A stretch of 46,211 bases of DNA from a virus. Taxonomy: Duplodnaviria; Caudoviricetes. Positions 18,552-28,089 of this stretch are shown here, piece after piece. Each line of letters opens with the position of its first letter. The first letter of the stretch is position 1. The position numbers and the translations under genes are program-made. The DNA lies in IMG/VR virus record IMGVR_UViG_3300029142_000005, positions 1 to 46,211 of that record. One strand, written 5' to 3'. The notes under the pieces were generated by a model. It did no database searches. It worked only from the letters and a program-made list of their open reading frames with translations, and was not told the origin of the DNA.

Positions 18552-21500
18552 ATGGCAACCGAAGAAGTTAAGTCCACTGATACACAGCCGGACCTGAAGC
18601 CTGAAGGTACTGAGATTTCCTCAGAGCTTCCTAGTAATGACGCTCCTGAACAGGTTGCTCAGGTAGATCAGGATATTCCCGATATCCCTCTTCCTCAACT
18701 AGAGGAGACGGATAACGTAGACCTGCCAGATATCCAACTCCCTAATCTAGAAAGCGATAACGACGCTGAACTTGTACAGCCCTCTAAGCCTGCCGATACT
18801 GGTGTGTCTGAAGACGACTTGCTTAGGCTTGACATGATGGGGCACACTACTGATAACACATTCGCTACCATTCCTATTAAGCCTTTGAAACAGATTTGGG
18901 CTGAGACTAAGGGAACATACTCCTTCACTCCTGAAATTATTCCAGACTTGTATATTGATTCAGGATACGAATCAATTGATAAGTTTGTCAATGCAGGTAT
19001 CATGGGGCCATATAACACTCTAATCTCTGATCCAATAAACGCTACTTGGAAGGCAGCTGTGGCTAGCCAAGACCTAATCTTTGGACTAGGTGTTAAGACT
19101 CTGCGAAACCTAGGTATGTCTCGTACAGAAGCTAGACAGCTGATGAGAGATATTGCTATAGCAGGTGAGGCCGGAATGGGGACTGCACATGTCACGAAAA
19201 TCAAAAAGCCTCTTGGTGCTGACTCACGCTACTGGAATGAGCGTATGGCTATCAGGGAACAGGTTAGAGAAAGAGCAAAACTTGCCGCAGAGAATCAGGC
19301 GGCAGCTCGCAAGACGGAGATTGAGAGGGCGAAAGGTAAGGAGATTAAGGGTAACGATCTTCTAGCTAAACTTATGGAATCTGATGTTGACATCAACTCT
19401 GCTCGTGCTGTGTCTGCCTTGGACAGATACGAAGACGTGACTATCGCTAATCGCGCAGAACTGTTTCGTCTGAATGCTGAAGATGTCTTATTCGGTAAAG
19501 ACGCTGGGAGTATTTGGGCTAAAGATATATTAACACCTAAAGCTACTAAGCATCTCCTGAAGACTCTGACAGATTACATGAGAGCTAATAATATCAAACT
19601 AGATACTACTGGTGATCCTGTTAAGATGTATAAACAGGTTCATATGTTTCTAGCTGCGGGAGAGCTTGACTACAATGGATTCAAAACTTTCCTAGCTCAG
19701 AACAATCTCAGTGTTGAAGACTTTGCGAATATGTATGGAAGAACTGTGCGTACAGCTGGTCAGACACTAAGGGAGCAGCGTAGGTTTAAGGATGATATGG
19801 ACGCTTTCAGGTCAAGAGCTTTGCAGGGCGATGACGATGCTGTTCAATATCTGTCTGACCTAGCTGACATGATTGAGAAGAAAGCTATAGCTTCTGGTAA
19901 AATTTCCCCTAATGAAATTTCTGCTACAGAAAGTATGGGGAGCTTCTTCCAAGCTTCGTCTAGAACTATTCGTCAGCTAATTGTCTCCATGCCAGCTACC
20001 GCTGTGCGTAACATGATTGAGTCTGGAGGCATTAGGCAGATTTGGCAGGTGGCCGATACAGCCACTGAAGCTGCATTGAGAAAGCTCCTGAATCCTAATG
20101 CTGATGGAAATCCTATTAAGGGCTGGGGAGAACTCTATCGCTTGTACACTGTGGGCGGTACAGTGAAATCCACAAGGGCTCTGAATCAGATTATGAAAGC
20201 ATGGCCAGAGCAGTATAACAGGCTGTTCGGTGGACTGGAAGCTGACCCCACAGGTACTGTGTCTCTACGTGGGGGTAAGTGGCCTAACCCTTTGGATAAG
20301 CCGGGAGCTGCTGCTATGCACGCTCTGCTTACGTTCAACCGTGTACAGAGTAGGATTGTTCGTAGGGCTACATTCACTGCTGCGCTAGAGAGGAATCTGA
20401 AATCCATAGGCTCTAGTCTAGAGGATGTTACTGAACGAGGGATGATCCCAAATGGAATGAATAAGGCACTTGCAGATGCCATTGATGAAGCTCTATATGT
20501 AGACTTCTCTATGCCTATTAATCCTAGGAAGGGTGGCCTAGAGTCCATCATGAACGGATATGCTACTGTGATTGAAGGGCTGAATAAGTTTGGTAACCTA
20601 GGTATGCTTGTTGATGCATTCCCTAGGTTCTTCTATAACTTCCTAAAGTTCCATGTAGAGCATTCTCCTACATTCGGAATGAGGATGATGTCTCCTAAAG
20701 CTAGAGCTAAGATGGCTGAAGGAGATTTCTCTGACATGTCTAAGGAGATGGTAGGCACCGCAGCTCTAGGTTTCGCTATGGCTATTAGAGCTGGACAGAT
20801 TCCTGGGATTGAGCCGGGAGAAGCTTGGGATGAGATTAAGGTTAGTGAAGATGGAACTACTATCTCGCTTAAGCCACTAGCTTCGCTAGCTCCTTACATG
20901 TTTGTCGCAGACCTAGTTGTCAGGATCGAAGATGATAGGTTAAAAGACACTGCGAATGTGGTTAACATTCTCAGAGAGATTAAAGGTACAGCACCTCAGC
21001 TGCAAAGCTCTCTAGTGTCAGTCAATAACATCATTACAGCTACAACTGGTATGGATGGCTTTTCAGACGCATCGAACGCTCTTGACAGGTTCTCCCAAAC
21101 TATGGCTGAATCTTTCATGAGGCCTCTTCAGACTGTTCTGGACTTTCGTGCGGAGTTCAATGAATCTCTTAAATACGGATTCGATGCTAAAGGAGAAAGC
21201 ATAGCAGCTAGCGTGGTGAAGATGGTAGACCCTACTGATGAAGTAGACCTGCCTATGTTTGATGAGAACCTTGCTGAAGCTTTGGGATATAAAGGAGGAT
21301 TGCCTCGTAGGTATCTTCCCACTCGTTCTGAGCCTATCAAGAATCCTGATATCCAGATCACTGAAGAATACGATATGAACGCTGGACTCTTCTCTCAGTT
21401 CACAGGGTTTAAGCCTAGGATGCCTCGCAACGCTATTGAGTCCGAACTTACTAAGTTCGACTTCACTGCTAAGAGTGTTAATCCTAAGGTCAAGGACAAG

Positions 21501-21869
21501 CGTATCAGGAATTTCATGTCGTATGTACAGGGCCCTATCCTTGAGAGGTTTGGCGAAACTATTGTAACATCTCGTACATACTTGGCCATGACTAATGATG
21601 GTAAGCGTAGAGTGTTGGCTAACCTCATTAAGTTTACTAGACAGCCAGCTATTGATGCTGTCAAGCAGTACATTCCTACAGCAGCAGCTATGATGAAGGC
21701 TGACAGAATTCCTGTTGTTGAGTTTAATCATATGGCTGAGCAATTTGATATTCTGTTGGAAGATAGAGGAGCGTCGTTCAGATCAGAAGACGCTATCAGA
21801 GCGCTAAAAGAAAGAGCTGAGAAAGAAATTGATAAGGCTCTGAACAATCTAAGAGTTGGAGATAAGTAA
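18552..21869 (+). CDS. Large internal virion (ejection) protein, gp16-like
   Basis: 1105-aa helical protein before the tail fibre. No catalytic motif recognised. Confidence 0.7.
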   Translation: MATEEVKSTDTQPDLKPEGTEISSELPSNDAPEQVAQVDQDIPDIPLPQLEETDNVDLPDIQLPNLESDNDAELVQPSKPADTGVSEDDLLRLDMMGHTTDNTFATIPIKPLKQIWAETKGTYSFTPEIIPDLYIDSGYESIDKFVNAGIMGPYNTLISDPINATWKAAVASQDLIFGLGVKTLRNLGMSRTEARQLMRDIAIAGEAGMGTAHVTKIKKPLGADSRYWNERMAIREQVRERAKLAAENQAAARKTEIERAKGKEIKGNDLLAKLMESDVDINSARAVSALDRYEDVTIANRAELFRLNAEDVLFGKDAGSIWAKDILTPKATKHLLKTLTDYMRANNIKLDTTGDPVKMYKQVHMFLAAGELDYNGFKTFLAQNNLSVEDFANMYGRTVRTAGQTLREQRRFKDDMDAFRSRALQGDDDAVQYLSDLADMIEKKAIASGKISPNEISATESMGSFFQASSRTIRQLIVSMPATAVRNMIESGGIRQIWQVADTATEAALRKLLNPNADGNPIKGWGELYRLYTVGGTVKSTRALNQIMKAWPEQYNRLFGGLEADPTGTVSLRGGKWPNPLDKPGAAAMHALLTFNRVQSRIVRRATFTAALERNLKSIGSSLEDVTERGMIPNGMNKALADAIDEALYVDFSMPINPRKGGLESIMNGYATVIEGLNKFGNLGMLVDAFPRFFYNFLKFHVEHSPTFGMRMMSPKARAKMAEGDFSDMSKEMVGTAALGFAMAIRAGQIPGIEPGEAWDEIKVSEDGTTISLKPLASLAPYMFVADLVVRIEDDRLKDTANVVNILREIKGTAPQLQSSLVSVNNIITATTGMDGFSDASNALDRFSQTMAESFMRPLQTVLDFRAEFNESLKYGFDAKGESIAASVVKMVDPTDEVDLPMFDENLAEALGYKGGLPRRYLPTRSEPIKNPDIQITEEYDMNAGLFSQFTGFKPRMPRNAIESELTKFDFTAKSVNPKVKDKRIRNFMSYVQGPILERFGETIVTSRTYLAMTNDGKRRVLANLIKFTRQPAIDAVKQYIPTAAAMMKADRIPVVEFNHMAEQFDILLEDRGASFRSEDAIRALKERAEKEIDKALNNLRVGDK

Positions 21870-23101
21870 TGGCAATCAGTACAGCCACTGCGAAAGTGAC
21901 AAAGAACGGTAACGGCTCAGCTACTGTATTCTCGTTCAGCCCTATAGTCATCTATGATGCCGATCATCTAGAGGTTACTCTTGTAGCGGCAGACGGGACT
22001 GAGACTGCGCTGAGCAGAGGTTCCACTTCTTCTACCTACTCTGTATCCTTAACGGATTCTTCTAATCTTCCATCTACTGGTTCCATCACGTACCCAGCTA
22101 GTGGAGGGACGCCTATAGCTAGCGGAGTTAGCTTGGTGATTAAAAGGTCTGTGCCTATTCTTCAAGAGAATGACCTAGAATTTTTCGGAGGATACTTCCC
22201 CAACACACAGGAGCAATCTCTTGATTTCCTCACTATGCAGAATATTGACCAGCAGGATGACTTGGATAGAAGTATTAAGGTTGCTGTCAGTGACACGTAC
22301 ACTAGCCTTGAGCTTCCTCTTAAGGATGCTCGCAAAGGTAAGGTACTTAGTTTCCACTCAACAACTGGTGATCCTCAGGCTTCGTCGTTTGGAGATATTA
22401 GCGTTAGCATCGACGTAGTGGAAAGTTCTCCTGTCGATGGACATTTCCTAGTACATGACGGTAGCACATGGATTAACGAAGCCCCTGCCACAGCCCGTAC
22501 ATCTCTAGGACTGGGTACTGCTGCTGTAGTTGATACTGGTGTCAGTGATGGGGATGTGCCTGCTATGGACAGCACAGGGTATCCTGCTGCTGACGGCAGT
22601 CAAATCACTGCATTAGCTGGAGGAAACATCACAGCAGCAAGTGTGCCTCTGACTGCTCTAGCATCTCAGGCAGCTAACACTTTTGTTATGAACGCGACTG
22701 GCTCAGCAGCTGTACCAACTGCTGCTACTGCCACTCAGGCTCTTGCTAGCCTAGGTATTGAAACATATGACAGCGGTCAGCAGACTCTACCTTCAGCTGG
22801 TGCTACACTTCAGCTTCAACACGGTTTGACTGATAGCGACCATACACAGGTACAGGCGTATTTGGAATGTACAACTACTGATAATGGGTGGGCTGTTGGA
22901 GATAAAGTAGCTATCCCCCCAATATCATTTGATAGCACAGTTGAACAGGGATATGCTGTCAGCATCAATGACACTCATGTAGAGATTGTACGAGGAGCTT
23001 CAGCTTCTTCTTCTATGTATAAGAAAAGCAATGGTGACTCATTCACTTACACAGACAGCTCTTGGAGGGTTGTCGTGTATGTGACGAGGATGCCTTCGTA
23101 A
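21869..23101 (+). CDS. Tail fibre protein
   Basis: T7 gp17-like N-terminal anchor (GNGSATVFSF...R.VP..Q..D...EQSLD.LTM), 'ARTSLGLGTAA' shaft, and a C-terminal tip domain. Confidence 0.88.
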   Translation: MAISTATAKVTKNGNGSATVFSFSPIVIYDADHLEVTLVAADGTETALSRGSTSSTYSVSLTDSSNLPSTGSITYPASGGTPIASGVSLVIKRSVPILQENDLEFFGGYFPNTQEQSLDFLTMQNIDQQDDLDRSIKVAVSDTYTSLELPLKDARKGKVLSFHSTTGDPQASSFGDISVSIDVVESSPVDGHFLVHDGSTWINEAPATARTSLGLGTAAVVDTGVSDGDVPAMDSTGYPAADGSQITALAGGNITAASVPLTALASQAANTFVMNATGSAAVPTAATATQALASLGIETYDSGQQTLPSAGATLQLQHGLTDSDHTQVQAYLECTTTDNGWAVGDKVAIPPISFDSTVEQGYAVSINDTHVEIVRGASASSSMYKKSNGDSFTYTDSSWRVVVYVTRMPS

Positions 23102-23379
23102 TGCCTGCTGATAACCTATCAGATAATCATCTTGCTAAAATCGTCCTCAGCAACCATGAGCTTGCTAGTAGAATTGATGTTAAGCTAGGCTATTTGGTCG
23201 AAGAGGTTAAGTCGTTAAGTAATATACAAACAAAACACGCCTCCAAAATCCAAACTCTAGAAGAAGAGAAAAGGTTCTGGAAGCGTGTTGTTAGGTATCT
23301 TGCCGCGCTTATGGGGCTACTAGGTGTGGGGGCACTGACCCAGAACTGGATAGCTACGGGTCACTTCTTTACTAAGTAA
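23101..23379 (+). CDS. Coiled-coil protein with C-terminal TM helix (holin/antiholin-like)
   Basis: TAATG overlap at 23101, coiled coil followed by YLAALMGLLGVGAL. Confidence 0.6.
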   Translation: MPADNLSDNHLAKIVLSNHELASRIDVKLGYLVEEVKSLSNIQTKHASKIQTLEEEKRFWKRVVRYLAALMGLLGVGALTQNWIATGHFFTK

Positions 23380-23530
23380 GGTCCTCATCATCAAGGTCCC
23401 ATTTAGCTCTACCCTTCCTAGTATATTTCTTTTTAGGATTCACAGACCTCTGCCTGAACTCTGGTAATTCCAGAGCTTTAGCGTAGGGGTCTCTTCGTTT
23501 AGGACGACTAGTCTTCTGATCCCGTTTCAT
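23372..23530 (-). CDS. ArfA-like small basic protein (52 aa; not in ORF track)
   Basis: GAGGAG SD. MKRDQKTSRPKRRDPYAKALELPEFRQRSVNPKKKYTRKGRAKWDLDDEDLT resembles the ArfA core 'L..P.FRQR....KK...Y.RKG'. Confidence 0.7.
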   Translation of the reverse strand: MKRDQKTSRPKRRDPYAKALELPEFRQRSVNPKKKYTRKGRAKWDLDDEDLT

Positions 23531-23840
23531 GGTCTCCTCGATTTCCGAAGTCTACACTGACAACATTATCAGACCTATCAGTAACTTCTGGGGCATCTAC
23601 TTCTTCGTAATCATCTTCCAATTCATTATGGATATGCTCGAAGATATCACCTTCCACTACATGCAGCTCTAGCTTCTGAGCTACCTCCACTACTCGTTTA
23701 GCTAGGTCTGTTGGAGTATCGAAATCCATAAAATCTGCCTCAACCTTAACGACCTCGATAGCCCTATCTAGCATAGCTGTACGGAAGTTAGCCTGACTTG
23801 CAAAACTATTCATAGCCATCTGAAACTGCTGAATATCCAT
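23508..23840 (-). CDS. Hypothetical acidic protein
   Basis: 110 aa, GAGGAG SD, TAATG coupling. Confidence 0.75.
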   Translation of the reverse strand: MDIQQFQMAMNSFASQANFRTAMLDRAIEVVKVEADFMDFDTPTDLAKRVVEVAQKLELHVVEGDIFEHIHNELEDDYEEVDAPEVTDRSDNVVSVDFGNRGDHETGSED

Positions 23841-24121
23841 TAACCAATCTCCTCTTCTGTAATCTGTTCTTTCCTAAGCTGAAAGATCATGTCAGCTGTA
23901 TTGACATAGCCAATGATATCTTTCCAACTGTCTTCATGATTAGGTGTGGTAGTGAGTCTGCTAATCTTAACCATAATCATATACAGTACATGCTTAACCA
24001 GGGGGTCCTTAACGTCTCGAAGGACCTGAGACATGATGAAGACTTTTGAAAAATCCTTAGCAGGATGGTCATAGGTGGCACCCCTTTCTTTATTAATCTC
24101 AGCTACCTCATCTATCCACAT
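23840..24121 (-). CDS. DUF6378-like protein
   Basis: ERGATYDHP..DF, M.MVKISR, HEDSWKDIIGY. Confidence 0.8.
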   Translation of the reverse strand: MWIDEVAEINKERGATYDHPAKDFSKVFIMSQVLRDVKDPLVKHVLYMIMVKISRLTTTPNHEDSWKDIIGYVNTADMIFQLRKEQITEEEIG

Positions 24122-24873
24122 TAGACATTACCCCTCATTACTGCGTTCCTCTGATCTACATCCACCAACGTAAACCTCCCTCTCGACCAACTCCCACAAT
24201 CATTGCAAGCATACTGCTGATACTTACCTGTAAGTGTGTAAGCGAACCCCCTCTTCTGCAAGTTATGTGAACCACAGGAGGGACAGGTGTGATCTACTGC
24301 GCCATTATAGAGAGCATGATTAGGATGGTTAGCTATCCAAGGAAGGATTGCATTATAAAGCTTCTCTAGAATCTCTACATCCTGCCTGTTATACTTCTCC
24401 ATTTCAATCCAAGAAGCCTCATCTCCTTCCATACATCCCTTCCAAAGTTCCATTCCTTTGTGGCCAAATTTACCACCAAGCCCTAGACGCCTGCATACAT
24501 AGTCAAGCTTGTTACTAGCAAACTTAAACTTCTTACGTACAGTAGGCAGCAAATCTACTTGCTTGAAGGGCTTAGGAGGCAACATCCTTAGCTCAACGAA
24601 TTCCCTGTTTAGAGTAGGAATGTCGAACTTAGTCCCATTATAGTGAACAACAGCATCTGCTTCATTAAGTAGAGCATGAACTGTGGAGATCATATCGTTG
24701 CCATTACGATGCATGGACTTAAACCCTACATGCTTAGAGCCTAGCCACTTCCAAGCCACACACATAGTGTAGCCCGGCTCTTCAATCTTGTGCACACCGA
24801 TGTCCTGATTATACAATCCCCAAGAGTACACACGATGAGGAGCAGTCTCAATATCAATTAGAAGAATTTTCAT
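24121..24873 (-). CDS. RNase H-like (DnaQ-type) exonuclease with C-terminal Zn ribbon
   Basis: LIDIET, HYNGTKFDIP, YNRQDV, and CPSCGS...CNDCG. Start at MKILL (24873). Confidence 0.88.
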   Translation of the reverse strand: MKILLIDIETAPHRVYSWGLYNQDIGVHKIEEPGYTMCVAWKWLGSKHVGFKSMHRNGNDMISTVHALLNEADAVVHYNGTKFDIPTLNREFVELRMLPPKPFKQVDLLPTVRKKFKFASNKLDYVCRRLGLGGKFGHKGMELWKGCMEGDEASWIEMEKYNRQDVEILEKLYNAILPWIANHPNHALYNGAVDHTCPSCGSHNLQKRGFAYTLTGKYQQYACNDCGSWSRGRFTLVDVDQRNAVMRGNV

Positions 24874-25084
24874 CAATAAACAATCCTTTCGGTACAGGAC
24901 AATCCACTCCACTATTGCTAAGTGTATCTGAAAACTTAATCAGAACATCCAAACGTAGCTCAGGCTCTACCCCTTCTAGAATATCTTTCATAGAAGCCAG
25001 TGCGTCGTCTGTTACATATCCTTCACTGTATCCTGACATAAATGCAGCAACAAGATTATCGGCTGCTTCGTTTACCTTTTCCAT
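24854..25084 (-). CDS. Hypothetical protein
   Basis: 76 aa, GAGG SD, overlaps both neighbours. Confidence 0.6.
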   Translation of the reverse strand: MEKVNEAADNLVAAFMSGYSEGYVTDDALASMKDILEGVEPELRLDVLIKFSDTLSNSGVDCPVPKGLFIDENSSN

Positions 25085-25448
25085 TCTGCCTCTCTTCCTT
25101 AGTCTTTTTATCGTGGCATCCTTTACATAAAACTTGAAGCCCTTCTGAGTTTATGAACATCCTCTTGATGACTTCATCCCAACTAACAAACCCCTCTGGA
25201 CCGATAACTGGAACTATGTGATCCACATAAACATTCTGTACGCGCTTTCCGTCCACCTTGATAGAGTTAGGAACGGAGTGAGAAGAACGATTGTATCCCC
25301 TACAAGTGTAAACTCCTCGCTCTGTACGAGCTTCCTTAAGAACCTTTCCCTTGGGAGGCCACCTCATGGAAGCTCGTCTCAGAGCAGATTTTATGAACGA
25401 ATGAAATCTAGCATCCGTCCAATTTCCGTCATTATACTTCTTACTCAT
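25056..25448 (-). CDS. HNH endonuclease
   Basis: FIKSALRRAS.RWP, VDHIVPV, LQVLCKGCHDKKT. Confidence 0.88.
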   Translation of the reverse strand: MSKKYNDGNWTDARFHSFIKSALRRASMRWPPKGKVLKEARTERGVYTCRGYNRSSHSVPNSIKVDGKRVQNVYVDHIVPVIGPEGFVSWDEVIKRMFINSEGLQVLCKGCHDKKTKEERQNGKGKRSSR

Positions 25449-25885
25449 TCAATAGGGATTGTAAACTTCATAGACCCGCTAACAGGCTTCAGAATTTCAT
25501 TCTTCTTCTTATCATAGAACGCTTTACTAATCGCCAGCCAACCTTCCTTGAACCCCGCTACAAAATTCTCTAGCCTAATCTTAACCAGCTGAACTTCCTT
25601 TCCGTCTACTACTGCGACAGCGCCTTCCTCCATAACCGTGATGCCTGTACCTGTAGACAGAGCGCAAGACTTCTTGTTCAAAAGCTCAATCATAAACTCC
25701 ATACCAGCATCAGCTCCGTTTTCCGTATGGATTTTGAAAGCATTAAGGTATGAGCCATCTGACCTACACAGTGGCAAGTCTCGAATAACCCCAGTTGGGT
25801 CCGTAAATACCTCTGCTGACGCAGGAGCAACAGCTGCACAAGTCGACAGCATCAGTGCAAAAACACTTGCAATAATTTTCTTCAT
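25445..25885 (-). CDS. Hypothetical exported protein (Sec signal peptide)
   Basis: MKKIIASVFALMLSTCAAVAPASA-EV. ATGA overlaps at both ends. Confidence 0.7.
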   Translation of the reverse strand: MKKIIASVFALMLSTCAAVAPASAEVFTDPTGVIRDLPLCRSDGSYLNAFKIHTENGADAGMEFMIELLNKKSCALSTGTGITVMEEGAVAVVDGKEVQLVKIRLENFVAGFKEGWLAISKAFYDKKKNEILKPVSGSMKFTIPIE

Positions 25886-26697
25886 TCTACCATCCCAAGT
25901 TTCCATGTTTCAGGGGTACCGTCACTGTTAAGACGGCGGCAAATCCACAGTAGTTTCCCCTGCTCTTCCATATGCACTTCCCAATCTTCTCCATATCTGT
26001 CTTTATATAAATCCTCTACAACGGCAAGCCCCCTGTAGCCCCAATCAGTATCCCCAGAATGAAGCACTGAACTAAGAGCATTATAAGCCAATACAGGCCC
26101 ACCTTTCCTAAGGCCAGGTATGTTGTCTGTGACATCTCCTGTAATGAGCTGTGATAGGAAGAAAAAATACCCATCACCTTTACACTTACTACGAGCATCA
26201 TTAAGAGCGATCCACCCTGGATAAGTGATGCGTACAGGGCCATATTGGGGGACATTACCTAGCTCCCATGAAAAAAAGTTTCCATTAACCTGCCTCAGGT
26301 CTTTATCCCTAGTGCAGATGATCGTGCCTTCTGGATCAGCAGTAGCTGCAATCCCCATAGCATCGTCGGCTTCCATGCCATTGACTACTTCACAAGGATA
26401 AGTAGCTAGCAGCACACTTGTCATGTTATGGAAATGCCAAGGCTTTTCGTCTTTTCTGTTCCCTTTATAAGGTTTAGTGACTGCGATATCATTCCTGAAA
26501 TTACCCTTACCAGATAGATACACAATCATATCATCCGCCTCAGCACCGTCCATTATGAGCTGCATCTTATAATCCAGACTCTCCTGAACAAAGTCCCAAG
26601 GCGGGACATCATCCGTCTCGGTCAACTGCTTCCATCCAGTTTCAGCGGCAGCAGCAACTTCATAACGAATGATGTCTCCGTCAATGAGAGCTTTCAT
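25882..26697 (-). CDS. 5'-3' exonuclease (T7 gp6-like)
   Basis: LIDGDI, YKGNRK, EADDAMG, DKDLRQV, GDVTDNIPGL. Confidence 0.93.
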   Translation of the reverse strand: MKALIDGDIIRYEVAAAAETGWKQLTETDDVPPWDFVQESLDYKMQLIMDGAEADDMIVYLSGKGNFRNDIAVTKPYKGNRKDEKPWHFHNMTSVLLATYPCEVVNGMEADDAMGIAATADPEGTIICTRDKDLRQVNGNFFSWELGNVPQYGPVRITYPGWIALNDARSKCKGDGYFFFLSQLITGDVTDNIPGLRKGGPVLAYNALSSVLHSGDTDWGYRGLAVVEDLYKDRYGEDWEVHMEEQGKLLWICRRLNSDGTPETWKLGMVE

Positions 26698-27131
26698 GAC
26701 AATATTGCCTTACATACACTTATACCATCTTCTAGTGTATTAGTCTTAAAAGAGCATATTTCGTTTACCATACCATGATAGTGTATATTATTCTCTGACA
26801 TTACCAGTACAATAGGGACCCTAGCAGCATCAGCCCATCCTATCTCTATCATAGAACCTATAGATACTCTATCTGATTCTAGAAGATTCATGAGAACTAC
26901 ATCTGATCTTTGACAATCAAATCTATCTCTAGCAGTTATCGCTTTATCTGTACTTAGAATAGTGTCTTGATATCCCGAAGCCAATACCTTTTCCCTGAAC
27001 AAATAGTCTTTACACCTCATAGGAGACAGACCTTTAATAGGTAAAAGCTTACTTACCGCTTCTTCTCTCCAATTAACGGCCTGCTCATAGCTGCCGCCGG
27101 TTATAGGTCCAGCTAAATAAACTAAAGACAT
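26694..27131 (-). CDS. Nucleoside 2-deoxyribosyltransferase-family protein
   Basis: VYLAGPITG, WR, 'RDRFDC..SDV', SIGSMIEIGWA. Confidence 0.85.
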   Translation of the reverse strand: MSLVYLAGPITGGSYEQAVNWREEAVSKLLPIKGLSPMRCKDYLFREKVLASGYQDTILSTDKAITARDRFDCQRSDVVLMNLLESDRVSIGSMIEIGWADAARVPIVLVMSENNIHYHGMVNEICSFKTNTLEDGISVCKAILS

Positions 27132-27808
27132 TAGTAAGGAACCTCATCATCAAGGTCCTTATCTGCCTGAGGGTTCTCCTTCTTAGGAACGTTCTCCCCC
27201 TCTTCAAGCATAACAGCTAGAGGACTGCCTTCGTATTCAAGACTATTCACAATCATTTTCTGCTGCCACTTAGGAATAAGGTTGAACATATCCAAATCGG
27301 GATTGTCCATATCGAACATGATAGGAGTGTTCACGAGGTCAGCAACATTCTTTTCATCCTTACTGCGCATACGAGACACAGCTCCGATGTTAGAGAACAC
27401 CTTACCTTTATGCTTACCTTTACCCGGATTAGTCACAACAGTGACATTACACGGCATACCGATAAGCTTGCCCCAATCTCCTTCATGCTCTTCTGTCGGG
27501 TCTAGAGAACGATAACGCTTGGTGCTCTTAGCGTTCTCCACTTCAAGAGAGTAAAGAGGAAAGGTCTCTGTAACCCAACGAGGCTTATCCTCAATGTCCT
27601 GCCCGTCTTCATCCTTCATGAACTCATCAGTTAGCTCATAAGTTGTAGCCACCATATAGGCCGGGGCCTTCTCCTGTCCAGCATAGGACTGAGGATGCAG
27701 CCCAACATCAATTACAGCAACTAGACGAGCTGGATATGTGCCGCCTTCAATAGGCTGGATATCACTACCACCACCACTGTTCTTCGTTTTGTTCGCATTA
27801 ATAGCCAT
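27131..27808 (-). CDS. Putative single-stranded DNA-binding protein
   Basis: GTYPARLVAVIDVGL, acidic/aromatic tail DLDDEVPY, AAGGAG SD, and its own promoter. Confidence 0.75.
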   Translation of the reverse strand: MAINANKTKNSGGGSDIQPIEGGTYPARLVAVIDVGLHPQSYAGQEKAPAYMVATTYELTDEFMKDEDGQDIEDKPRWVTETFPLYSLEVENAKSTKRYRSLDPTEEHEGDWGKLIGMPCNVTVVTNPGKGKHKGKVFSNIGAVSRMRSKDEKNVADLVNTPIMFDMDNPDLDMFNLIPKWQQKMIVNSLEYEGSPLAVMLEEGENVPKKENPQADKDLDDEVPY

Positions 27809-27829
27809 GTAATTCTCCTTTGCTACCTA

Positions 27830-27862
27830 TACTATATACTATGTTGGTTGCTGTTTTGTTAA
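27830..27862 (-). promoter_or_regulatory. Putative phage-sigma-dependent promoter (copy 2)
   Basis: The - strand reads TTAACAAAA-CAGCAACCAACAT(13)-AGTATATAGTA directly upstream of the SSB SD. Confidence 0.8.
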
Positions 27863-28086
27863 TTCAAATCTGACAAATCTAGCATACCACATTCATACCA
27901 TTCAAGATACCCGTTCTCTATTAGGTAGTCTTCAAAGGTATAGTCAGGGTCTCGCATACCTGCTGCCACTTCCATCCAATCCTCCCTAAGAATCTCTGTA
28001 TCGAAATCTTCCAGCGCCCTGTAAGCACTGTACTCATCTCCATTATCTACTACATAGATGACATCTTCTTTGAACTTCATACTCAC
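27859..28086 (-). CDS. Hypothetical acidic protein
   Basis: 75 aa with GGAGG SD after RNR. Start may be ATG 28080. Confidence 0.65.
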   Translation of the reverse strand: MSMKFKEDVIYVVDNGDEYSAYRALEDFDTEILREDWMEVAAGMRDPDYTFEDYLIENGYLEWYECGMLDLSDLN

Positions 28087-28089
28087 CTC

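Noticed and set aside
23372-23400. Bidirectional terminator between the convergent arms
   Set aside because: The last genes overlap by 8 nt and no GC-rich hairpin with U-tracts is visible.
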